A stretch of 64,000 nt of DNA from Antedon mediterranea (taxonomy: Eukaryota > Animalia > Echinodermata): NCBI RefSeq assembly GCF_964355755.1, contig NC_092675.1, positions 7,745,812 through 7,809,811 on the forward strand, read 5' to 3'. The notes beneath the pieces are model-generated. The model made no database searches. It worked only from the letters and a program-made list of their open reading frames with translations, and was not told the origin of the DNA. A program made the translations under genes and the position numbers. Within the stretch, counting starts at the first letter, position 1, and each line of letters begins with the position of its first letter. This document shows, piece by piece, positions 38,166 through 49,324 of the stretch.

Positions 38166-38904
38166 ATTTTAAGGGGATACCTTTTGTGTCTCAACAAAAT
38201 GTCCCTGATGTCTCAACAATTGCCCTGAATAGGGGTTGGCCAAAGTGTATTTGCCCTTGTTCGTTTCATGAGATAGTGTTCCTTTAACAGTGGTATGAGT
38301 TTCTACTATACTGTAGTTAATTGTATCATTATACTTTTTAAAATCTTCTAACCAGCAGAGAATAAAAAATCTTTGTAGAAGATTGTTTTTAGTTTAATTT
38401 ATCAATACTTAAATAAACTTTGCTGTCAAATAAAAGTTTAATTGGCAAAAAGAAAATGGTATGCATAACAGAAACATGTTATTATCATACAACATTTGAA
38501 TAGGAGATTTGTGCATGTATGATAGATGAAATCTTATAAAATAAGATATTACCAGGCTTACATTATGTTACTTTATCATTTACTAGGTTGTGAAGGTGAT
38601 CTAGATAAGTACATAATGTAGTCTTAAAGATTAAGTTTAGATTAAAGTATTTGGATGATAAATTAATGTGAATTATTAACAATTATAACACATCTAAGTG
38701 TATCCCTGCCTTTTGATTGGTTGATTTCACAAGGTGCTCAGTCTATGTGTCCCATCTGTAACCGCTTGACTCCACAGTCAAAATCAGAATGCTGCGATTC
38801 AAATTAGAAGCATAATAAAAAGTTTCACAAAACAATTTGTATTCGTTGAATGAGGATAATATTTTCATTCATTGGGAAGCCTTTACAGTAGATTCAGCTT
38901 TGTA

Positions 38905-39272
38905 TAAGGTACATATATTTATCCTCAAGCTTAACTGGAAACTGAGGAAATTCAGATTAGGCCCTCCACGGACCCACAGCAGCCAGCAGTGCAGCACCTA
39001 CCAGATCAGCAAACGTGCACTATGTACACCATCCCATCTGAAGGACGAGGCAATGAGAGTAAAGTATCTTGCCTAAGGATACAGTTAGTATAGTACAGAT
39101 AGCCTCGAACCAATGGCTATCAGCTGCTAGTCTGATATTATCATTACATCATCACTCTCTGGTATATATACAGCACCCGCCGCTATTTATGGTCTCCCAT
39201 CCAGAACGCAACCGGGCCCAACATTGCTTAACTTCGGTGATTCAACCAGTGGTTCAATGCTGTATGGCCGTA
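38905..39272 (-). mobile_element. Composite SINE: 5S rRNA-derived head, tRNA-like segment, core and tail
   Basis: Minus strand 39272>39168 reads TACGGCCATAC...ATCACCGAAGTTAAGCAATGTTGGGCCCGGTT...GGATGGGAGACC...GGGTGCTGTA (degenerate 5S). It continues with GGTTCGAGG and TGTATCCTTAGGCAAGATACTTTACTCTCATTGCCTC, and a tail GTGGAGGGCCTAATCTGAATTT also seen at 25430-25480. Confidence 0.7.
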
Positions 39273-39325
39273 TTATAATAGAAAATATATTGTTTGAAGG
39301 TTTGCATGGCAAAATCAAATGTTGA

Positions 39326-39494
39326 TATAAAGTTGCGGTACACCATGTATATCAGTTCTGGAAAGAACTGTTGAGTTTCTCGACGTTTCGATAAATATGC
39401 TTTGATCGTCCTCAGAAGAGAACGATCAAAGCATAGTCGAGAAACTCAATTTTTTTTTTCAAAACTAATATATGTGGTGTACCGCAACTTTATA
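39326..39494. mobile_element. Fold-back Penelope-like terminal fragment with a hammerhead-like core
   Basis: Arms TATAAAGTTGCGGTACACCA...TTGAGTTTCTCGAC...TATGCTTTGATCGT and ACGATCAAAGCATA GTCGAGAAACTCAA...TGGTGTACCGCAACTTTATA. Minus strand carries CTGAGGA-CGAT...ATC-GAAAC-GTC. Confidence 0.55.
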
Positions 39495-40295
39495 ATAGAA
39501 CAGTCAAAATTGTTCAAACTCATAAACTTCCATTATTGTACACTATTGCTAACAATAGTGACTAATAGACTGACCTTTAATATGAAATTCAAGACATTAC
39601 ATTTTGTTTGCATTGTGTGATTTTATTTTTCGTATAGTTAATTTATAGTCATGAGTTATTAGTGCATTACGTACTTAATCATATTTTAAGACATCTAATG
39701 CTTCATTTTATTGCTTAATTACCCATCAAACTAATTTATTGCATTTTGTCTCTTAGGAAATGACAGAGGTTTATGGCATTCATATTGAAGTTTGATTTTC
39801 TGAATCTTGGTTCAAGTCAATTTTGGTTTTTTGGTTTCATGTCTTGTTTTCTGAGTCCTTTTTTATTTTGTTATTGTTTCATATCCTCTTTATTTTATTC
39901 AAGTACTGGTTTGTTTCCTTCTGGTAATTCAATCATTTACAGTTTCAAAATAAGGAAAATTACTAATAAACATCTACTAAAAAAACCATTTATTTCTATT
40001 TTCTTTCTTTTTTGTAAAAAAAAATGCTCACAATACTTTTTTTCGAAATACAGTAGGTGATAATATTACACCAAATTTACTTGATTATTAGCATTAGTAG
40101 TGTGTGGCTGAGCAAGGAAGCAAGGAGTGGCGTCAAACTAGCATATGATTTGCTCGTTTGTGGCAGACATAAGAATAATGTCTTCCTACTCCTTCATACA
40201 TCTATTTAGAGAAAATTGATATTTGCTTCGCTGTGATTGATATACACTTTTCAATCTAAATGTTAATGATTTTTTCCTTTTTTTTTCCGTCTCAG

Positions 40296-41036
40296 CATTC
40301 CAAGAATATAATCCACCGAGATCTGAAAGCAGAGAACATATTTTATGCAGCTAATGGTCTGGCTAAGGTTGGGGACTTTGGATTCAGTACTGTGAGCAAA
40401 CAAAATGAGACATTAAACACATTTTGTGGATCACCACCATATGCCGCACCGGAACTATTTAAAGATGAAAATTACGTCGGTGTGCCTGTTGATATATGGG
40501 CATTAGGAATAATGCTGTATTTTATGGTAGTTGGCGTGATGCCATTTCGAGCGGACACTGTTGCAAAGCTTAAGAAATGTATAATAGACGGAAATTTTAC
40601 AATACCATCGTTCGTTTCAACCGAATGTCAGGCCTTGATTAACAGTATTCTAAAATTAGAACCATCGGATCGAATAAGTTTACACGATATGAAATCGCAT
40701 GCTTGGCTAAAGGGTCAGGAATTTCCAAAATCAATCGATGCGTATCATACGGTTCCTGCGTTTGAAAAAGAAAACGCAACTATGGACGAGTTGAAAGTAT
40801 TAAAGGAACTTGAAGAACTCGGTATACAGGACGATTTGTTGAAAGGGACGCGTGATCATGATTCACGTAATAGTATAACGGGAACTTATAGAATCGTGTT
40901 ACACAGATTGCAACGAAAATATATAGAACCTCCAATTAGCACAGTGGTTGTGAATAACGCCAATCCTACAGCTGGGAAGAAAGAAGATAAGAAGAAACAA
41001 AAAAATAAACCTTCGAAAACATGTCAAATTTTATGA
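40296..41036 (+). CDS. NIM1K: NIM1-like kinase, coding exon 3 (last)
   Basis: Polypyrimidine tract and CAG acceptor ending at 40295. HRDLKAEN, DFG, LNTFCGSPPYAAPELFKDENY, DIWALG, RNSITGTYRIVLHR; ends ...SKTCQIL*. CDS 271+269+741=1281 nt = 426 aa. Confidence 0.95.
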   Translation, partial: HSKNIIHRDLKAENIFYAANGLAKVGDFGFSTVSKQNETLNTFCGSPPYAAPELFKDENYVGVPVDIWALGIMLYFMVVGVMPFRADTVAKLKKCIIDGNFTIPSFVSTECQALINSILKLEPSDRISLHDMKSHAWLKGQEFPKSIDAYHTVPAFEKENATMDELKVLKELEELGIQDDLLKGTRDHDSRNSITGTYRIVLHRLQRKYIEPPISTVVVNNANPTAGKKEDKKKQKNKPSKTCQIL

Positions 41037-41539
41037 GAATACTACTTTGAATGAATTTAATACAATGGATTGTATTATTGATATTGGATATATAAAGTAT
41101 TTTATGAGTTTATTTTAGATTTATCAATAAAATAGATAATAGATAGTGATAAAGTATTATCACAGTACGGAATCATAAAAAAACTATGATATTACCCTAT
41201 GTTATGTATGCTTCAATATATTAGTAGTGACAGGGATGAGAGCGCTCCAAGGCAGCCATAACCTCTGTGTTATATCCCCTTGATTATGGATACATTCAGC
41301 ATTTTAGATGAATATATCTGTTTCATGTATAGTTTTAATATTGAATGAACATTTCCTATTGTACTAGTGTGCAGTATGAAAACAAATCTTTCTGCATGAA
41401 AAGGGGTCTACTGTAGAGAGTGACTACTAACTATTGATAATGTTACAGTACTTCCCAAGACACTCATTTCAACAGTATGTTTTCTCATTAATTAGTATAC
41501 AATATTTTCAACAATTATAATGTAAATGTGGGTGAATAA

Positions 41540-41923
41540 AGGCCCGTTTACACTAGGACGATAAAGATCGACGATAAATAAACAAATGCATTGTTCATAC
41601 ACAAAACAAAAGAAATCTAAAAAGTTTTTATTCTAGAACTATTTAGGAACCATCTATGCTTAATTTGATGAAAATTATATTTTCACATGTCCAATCAAAT
41701 AACGTCATGATTAGTAAGAGCAATAATATCGATTTTGTTGGTTTTATTGATCATGACGTCATTTGATTGGATTTTTAAAAATATTATTTTTATCAAAGAC
41801 AGCATAAATGAGTATTCTATAATTCTAGAACGAAAACCTTTCTAAATTATTTTGTTTTGTGTAAGAAAAAGACATGCTTATCTATTTATCGCCGATCGTT
41901 ATCGTCCTAGTGTAAACGGGCCT
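41540..41923. mobile_element. PIF/Harbinger-like fold-back MITE in the NIM1K 3' region
   Basis: TAA|AGGCCCGTTTACACTAGGACGATAA...TTATCGTCCTAGTGTAAACGGGCCT|TAA; 3-bp TAA TSD; arms complementary over about 170 bp. Confidence 0.85.
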
Positions 41924-42207
41924 TAACATGTGTCTTTCACATATGTGGACAACACATACAACAGTATTCATATTGCACAGTGCCACTAAACTGAGCTTAT
42001 TCGTTAGTTGGTCCAGTACAACATGGTACAGTAACCCCCTTTTGAAAAGTATACCCTCCTAGTGTAAACGGGCCTTAACATGTGTCTTTCACATATGTGG
42101 ACAACACATACAACAGTATTCATATTGCACAGTGCCACTAAACTGAGCTTATTCGTTAGTTGGTCCAGTACAACATGGTACAGTAACCCCCTTTTGAAAA
42201 GTATACC
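41905..42207. repeat. Perfect 152-bp tandem duplication
   Basis: 41905-42055 is repeated at 42057-42207; it spans the MITE right TIR and the adjacent SINE tail. Confidence 0.9.
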
Positions 42208-42352
42208 ACAAGCCATACGTGGACCCCAAGTTTCCAGTCTTTTTATCCGAGAAGACTTTGTTTTACAACCAGAACTAATGATCGAGTACAGCGTTGAAAC
42301 TGTGCTGATTATATGACTTTCAGAGCGCCCCTGCCTAACCGCTTTGCCACTC
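41930..42352 (-). mobile_element. Diverged Deu-like tRNA SINE
   Basis: Minus strand: GTGGCAAAGCGGTTAGGCA...TTCTGGTTGTAAAACAAAGTCTTCTCGGATAA...GGGGTCC...AGGGGGTTAC. Confidence 0.6.
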
Positions 42353-45300
42353 TACATTACACATGTGGCTTACCTACAAAATAATCCTTGTATGCTATCA
42401 TAGTCCTATTTGACTGTTCTGCATGTTTATATTATACGCCATGGGGTTTTAATGCATTTATTTTTATAATAATGACTTCCCATAATGCATTACTCCAGAT
42501 TAGAATACATTCCACAAGTTAGGATCTTTAGGTGAATTTTCTTACATGATTACTGATTTTTACTGTTATTTTAACATTTTTAGTATGTTTATTTTTCACT
42601 TGTCCATAATGCAGAAGTGGCGTTCCACATATGTTCCCATTTTTCCGATACAGTGTATTACCATAAACTATGTGTTTATAATTGTTTCTTTATAAACCAG
42701 TTTAATCAAATTTAAAAAAAATTTGTTATGAGAGGAATACAATCTAACATAATGTTTTATTAATTTAAATGTATAGTTAAAAGATAAATTTTGGTTGCTC
42801 GTAAAAAATGAAAATTGACTCACAACCATTACTTACATGTATTAAATATTAATATATACAGTATTTTGACAATCATTCATATAATAAATCCAGATACAAA
42901 AGGGAAATTTGTCTCGCAATAGGAAAGTAGAAATAAGTTTGCTCATTTATGGCCTGGTTATGTGACAGAAATAGCAGTGAATCTACTTTTTCTTATGTTT
43001 TCGTGAAATATGTAGGCCTATTCTGGTTTTGAAATAAAAAAAATAAGACTAAAATATATTATATATAATCAAATGGCAAATTATAAAAAAGAATGTTAGT
43101 GGCTAGATGGAGATCAAATAAAAAATCAAAATGATAAAGTAAAACAGCCAGATATAAATTTTGTAGAGCTTTCGGGTAACCCATCATATACAAAATAATA
43201 TTAATTCTTAAAATTGTTGTTAAATTTGCAGTGTAACCAAAATTATGCAAAAGGAATATATATATACCCAGTTGGGGCGACTTTTTCTCATTCTCACAGA
43301 TTTCCTCATCTTTATTGTTTCAAATTAATTAATTAAATTTCAGTATATCACCGGGCGGTTTAGAATTAATGTTCTTTGCCTGATTTGTTTATATATATAT
43401 ATATATATTGAAAATGCCTGTAATGGGACAGTTGGAATGATACTTGAGCTTTTGCTTACTTGCAATAACAATTGATAATTAAACTGTAAAGTCATTAGTG
43501 ACATCAGTTCAGATTTATGACAATAATTGATATCTTTCTCAATGCATTGAATGCGATCACTGTATGTAGGACAGAGCGCAAGTGTTAATATAGATCTCTT
43601 CACAAATAATCTACGTATATTGGAATTCTTAAGGAAAGTTGGTAACAATTCAATGGAATTATGTTAAATATAACTAAACATGATAAATAATTATTATAGT
43701 AATAAGCAGAGTTATTTTTATACATTAGAAAGTATTAATTAACTATATTATGAATATATCAAGGTTTAAATATTAATTTAATTTATTAGTAACTAATTCA
43801 TAAAGTAAATAATAATACTTATGTTATATAATTGTGATATTCTACTTAAGTGCCATAATAAATAAAAATAATTATTTAAATTAATATTAATTTACCTCAG
43901 GGCGCTGGCATTCGCAATCTAACAAACATAGGCCCTATAGTATATTCTAATGTAATTATTTTCGCTCAAATTGAATGTTGGCGAACATTAAACCGAATAC
44001 GAAAATAGACCCATAACAACGTTATAGCTAACTGCTACTATAAATTGTACTTTAAATTTCCAAATCTATGGCTGCGAGTCCCGTATATTTACGCCCACCT
44101 ACGACTAAATAAGCTCCTGTAATACCCAATCTCTCTTAGGTCTGTTATAAATCGAGACATTAATAGCGCATTTTGCAAACCAATTCACTGACTTGTTTTT
44201 ATCAATTCTCAATTATGCTTTTGAACTCTTACGCTGTGTCTAACACTAATGTCAATAAAAACTCACAGATTTAATTTGTTTAAACAGGCCTACATAATAT
44301 AGAAGCTCGAAAGCTGAAACATAACCATAAACCCGTTTCTGAAGCTGTCACTAGATACATCTTGACTGATTATTGCAAGTCAGTTAGATGCAATGCAATG
44401 CAACAATGTGTAACATGTAATAAGTATTCAACCTCACTGAGTGTCTTGTCGGTTAAGACGTTTTTTGTTGTCAGATGAAAATATTTTTAAAGAAGACTAA
44501 AATGTTTTAAATAAGCCAACAAAATATATAACTAGGGTGTTGTTAACCGTACAATTAATTAATGAAATTCTGCTCTTTAGAAAAAGGCATAGGCATTTTA
44601 CTGTCTGATATTATGTACAGTAAAAATAAACTATTTACTACTGAGACTCGCTTTTAAAATGAAAATAATTGCGTTGGAGTTGACCTTCTAGTTCTAATAT
44701 ATAATGTCTAAGATTTCTTTTCAATTCCGAAACCGGTATTGAACTTAAAGTATTAATTTAATTTCTGTTATCAACAAATTTTTGTACAGCCTTAAAAAAA
44801 ACAAGATGAAAAAAAAATCCCAAATTAATTTTGTTTTAATTTTCAGACAAATTATATCTGAATATTAACTTGATCTGACTATTAACTTGATCTGACTAGT
44901 TTTTTTTAAGCTTTATCTGAAAAAGCTAATAACCTACTCGGTAATTTAAAATGATAATTTCATATTTAATACAAAATAGTATCAATTATTCCAATAGTGA
45001 GGTCAAAGTACGGTAAAACAATGTGGAGGTATTTTAATTGTATATTAAATAACGTTCTTACACTATTCGTGATGTCATGAAAATGGAGTAGTATGATGTT
45101 TGCCCCAAAAAAATGTTTTGTTAAAACGCTAGTGCAAATAAACCTTTGTTTTGAGAACAAACACAGTCTCTGTTTTTCCTCATAATGTTATCCGTCCATT
45201 TCTGCAATACTGTAACTACGTTATTTACTATTTATATAACATGATAAAATCATGTGCAATGTAGTTCAATAATAAGAAGTCTGATTAAATATTATATGTA

Positions 45301-45547
45301 TAATTTTATTGTAATTTAATGGTTGAATTTCAGAAAAAGTGAACTCATTTGAAAATATAAAATTGTTACTGTAACATGTCTACCACAAATATTAGCGCAT
45401 GTGTGAATAAGGACTGTCTGTCTTCATCGTCTAAAAGGTATAGCGAACTTTCGTTATGTAGGTGGTCCAGGTAGTGTATTCAAACGATTAATCTGCGCAT
45501 GTGAATAATTCCAGTATACACCGTTTATTATCGGTATTATCTCTTAA

Positions 45548-45813
45548 AGATGTATTGTCCCCCAAAAACATGAAAAACGATGTTTTCACTTATAAAATGA
45601 CAAAATAAAGGGTTAAATTCACCCAAAATCCATGGCTGGCAGCCAATTTGATTTTTATTTTTCTTTAAATTACAGTTTTTTCGGGTAAATACATTTTTTT
45701 TTTTTCGATCTAAATTTTTTGGTCAAAGTGGATAACTATTATGTAACATTAAAATGGCATATTCAACAGAAATTTTTTAGATAATTATTTTTTCAGGGGG
45801 ACAATACATTACT
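45548..45813 (+). mobile_element. Kolobok-like MITE, copy 2 (internal deletion)
   Basis: TTAA|AGATGTATTGTCCCCC...GGGGGACAATACAT(TA)CT|TTAA. Confidence 0.75.
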
Positions 45814-47362
45814 TTAATTTAAAGTTTGTCGCCGTCCCGAAACGAGATCGCTATTTACTACTGTGCGACGTGCGTTTTTTAAACTTACGATTGTATAATA
45901 TAGTAGATCGTTTATTCTTTAGTAATAGCATGTCCTATGTTGATAAAGAATAATGAACATAGGAAACTAAGAAATGTAACTATTCACCATACTGAGAATA
46001 ATTATAATTATAACTTTGTGAATATATAGGCCTACATTGTTGTCCCGACAGTTGAAGTGGAATTATGGATAATAGATTAGGAGTGGGAGGGGTTTGATGG
46101 AGGGTGGTGATCTGATACCACAGATTGTGTTACTTCCGATCTACTAATCTTTAACTGAAACTTAAAATTAGGAAGTTTTTATTTACGATGCGTGGTTACA
46201 AAATATTAGATTGATAGCCCTGGAGCTAGTTTAGGAAGCATTGTTAGTGTAAGTACAGCTTATTATGAATTGCATAGAATATTAATTACCTCCATATTTT
46301 TTAATAAATATTATATTTCCTAAAACCTTGAAATTATGACTTGTGTTGTGTATTTTTGTAGCTAACTTTATTTTGTTTGTGGTTTTGTTTTGGAAACGCA
46401 CCGCCAACGCTCAACCCCCCACCCTCCCTCCTCTCCGTCTTAGCACTAAAAACGGGCGCGTACACATTGAGCAGTGAGGAGACGAATGTATTTTGTAGAC
46501 CAAAATGCAAAAACAGTACTCCTAATTGTCGTGCCAGGACAAAAGTCACTCGGGGTTTTGGTAACTTGGGTTGGCCCAAACAAAATATGTGATCCTTGTC
46601 CCGACGACAGAAGCTATAAGAGAAGGGGTGATGAACCGAAAACACAAGGGTAACCAGCCGATGTGTAAAAACAGTACACTGGACGATGATGTGCAAAAAT
46701 ATGGCAGTGATACGATGCTCACAAATATGGTAGTGATATAACATCATCATGTCCATGGGTACATCATATTTTTGTTTCGTCACATAAAGTTTGATAGTGT
46801 AGACAGAGCTTTAGTATAGTCCCAATAATTTTCACCAACTTTTGTATCTAGGCACCTTAGGACTATGCATAGATATAACACAAAATATATAACAAAAACA
46901 CATTTTCGAGTATGTTATTGTTTATTAGGTAGACAGGGTACGCGTTAACGCAAGTAGACATGTTGATAATTCTATTTATAGCAAGAGACAGAAAGACCAG
47001 TTAAGCCGTTTGCATAGTAAGCAGTGAATTAAAATTAATTTGAAAATAGAAGAAATTAGTTCAAAAATATATTAAGTTGATTATATCACTGTTTTTTTTA
47101 TATTAGTGAGAGACAGTTGGCATCTGAACGTCAGAAATAAACCATTTTTGAAGTTAATGGTACCAAACTCTTCTGTAATTTTTCAGTTCGTAGGCCTACC
47201 GCTATATTAGCTTATTTTAGTTGCTCGCCTTTTTAATACCGCTATTCTGGTTCGTGTTGAGGTTTGCTTTTAATATTCACTACCCCCCAGCCCTCTCTAT
47301 ATCATTCTAGACTCGTATCTATATTGATGACTGTCAATAGTCAGTGCTGTATCTCCACATAC

Positions 47363-47528
47363 TATCTATTTCCGAAGTATCTTAAGAATATTTGGTAATA
47401 CAGCATCACATGTGGTGCCTGTATCAAGTAAGGTTAGGTTAAGGGTTAGGTTACTTTAGATACATGTGAAACACAATGCGATGTATTACCAAATATTCCT
47501 ATGATACTTCGGAAATAGATAACAGTCA
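47363..47528. mobile_element. Fold-back mini-element with a central telomere-like repeat
   Basis: TATCTATTTCCGAAGTATC...GAATATTTGGTAATACA and TGTATTACCAAATATTC...GATACTTCGGAAATAGATA around GGTTAGGTTAAGGGTTAGGTTA. Confidence 0.7.
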
Positions 47529-49011
47529 ATGCACTCAAGGCAGCCGATTCGGTACTGAGAATCGGCTGCCTAGAGACTCAGAACTCAGAATTGGGTGGTT
47601 TAAACACGTGATATGACGAAACCAAATCCAGATTTACTATTTTGGTTTGTCCAGATAGATACGGTAATTGATTTATTTATTTTCCCTACTTATAAGTAAT
47701 TAATATTTACTTATCAAGCAGTATCAATATGTTAATGGAAATTAAGCACCCGATTCTCATACGATGTCTAGAGACCTCTCCTCTCCTGACATCCACCGAT
47801 ACATAACATCTAGAATCACCTGAGTTATAGGTTACCAACCTTTAATACTTTTTTTCGGTGAAAATGTAATGATTCATAGCACTTTCGTCATCTTTACTTG
47901 CCCTCATATGCTGGCTCATTGAGTTGACACCTCTATTCTCATGAATTTTATCTAAGCATTATTAATATTATTATTATTCTCCATTGAGTCATTACTGTAC
48001 TGTGTTTGTTTATTATTCTATCAATTATTCTAAGGCAATTATTCTACTTGTCAATGTTGTGCTTTTTGCAAAAAAAAATATTCCGAGATAATGGCATGGA
48101 TAATGGTCAATTTGTTTCTGGACTCCCATGACGCTATCTATTTTTACGTTTTTGTTTTACATATCAAACTAATCATTATAATGGCGCAGTCCTGTCGAAT
48201 TATGACTTTTATAATATATAATATAAGAACATGATCTATATTGTTAATGATTTGATTAGTTATTAAAGCTAATTAATGACAACATTAAAATAGGCCTAAG
48301 TACAATCATTAATGCAATTACCTTTAAAATGAATATGTCATAAATTACCAGTTATTACGTTACTGTATAAAGCGAATGGATTTCATGCTGGGACAACAAT
48401 TTTTGTTGAATAATTGTGAGATGTAGTTTGAAAGCCTTCAGTATTATTACTTTATTCACCATTCTACTATGAGAATTCATTTTTTATATGAATAAAAACC
48501 AGCTCCTTACACTACAAAAATATCCAAAAACAATGTTGCCATGACAGTTTTGTTAATAACACGATCGAATCGAGACTTTACGTTTTATATTGATTTAATT
48601 GTAGTATATGACATAGTGTGCTTACTATATACTCTTCCTTACTTAAATTCTGAATTCATGTCATATAAACATCACGCATTTCCAATTAATTTATAATTGG
48701 TCAGAAACCATTACTTCTTTACCTACCGCGTAGTAAGTTATTTTTCGTGTCTATTTTACCGTCAGAAGGACGGCCTAATACAAGTAAAGTAATTCGTAAT
48801 TTCTTACATTAAGTTCGATTAATATAAGGCTACTCCACGTGTCTACACTTTACAGTTGCGCTTTTGTTGAAGAAATAAGGTGTTACCAAATGACGTTATC
48901 TTCGTAGTCCCATGCCATTCAAGTTTATTTTGACTCTTTTTAGGATCTATATAATGGTCTCTTATTCATGATGTGAATATTATAGTTGCCATTAACATAC
49001 CACTATATTAA

Positions 49012-49324
49012 AGATGTATTGTCCTCCAAAAACATGAAAAATGAAGATTAATTAAATAATACTTCGATAGGTTATTTTGTAGTTTTAATACAGGTAGAAA
49101 AAATGGGGAAAACAATGTTTTCACTTATGAAATTACAAAATAAATGGTTAAAATCAACCACAAACCCATTGGCTAGCAGCCAATTTGACCATTTTTGCTT
49201 TAAATTCAGTTTTTCAGATAAATACATTTCATTTCGATCAATTTTTTGGTCAAAATTTATAACTATTATGTGACATTAAAATGGCATATTCAACCACAAT
49301 TTTTTTCAGGGGGACAATACATCT
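49012..49324 (+). mobile_element. Kolobok-like MITE, copy 3
   Basis: TTAA|AGATGTATTGTCC...GGGGGACAATACATCT|TTAA. Confidence 0.78.

Noticed and set aside
39168-39272. Functional 5S rRNA gene
   Set aside because: It has an internal deletion and many substitutions, lacks a T-run terminator, and continues into SINE body sequence.
46334-46783. 149-aa minus-strand ORF
   Set aside because: It begins inside a MITE and has no recognisable similarity; the adjacent GC-richer 46390-46680 block remains unclassified.
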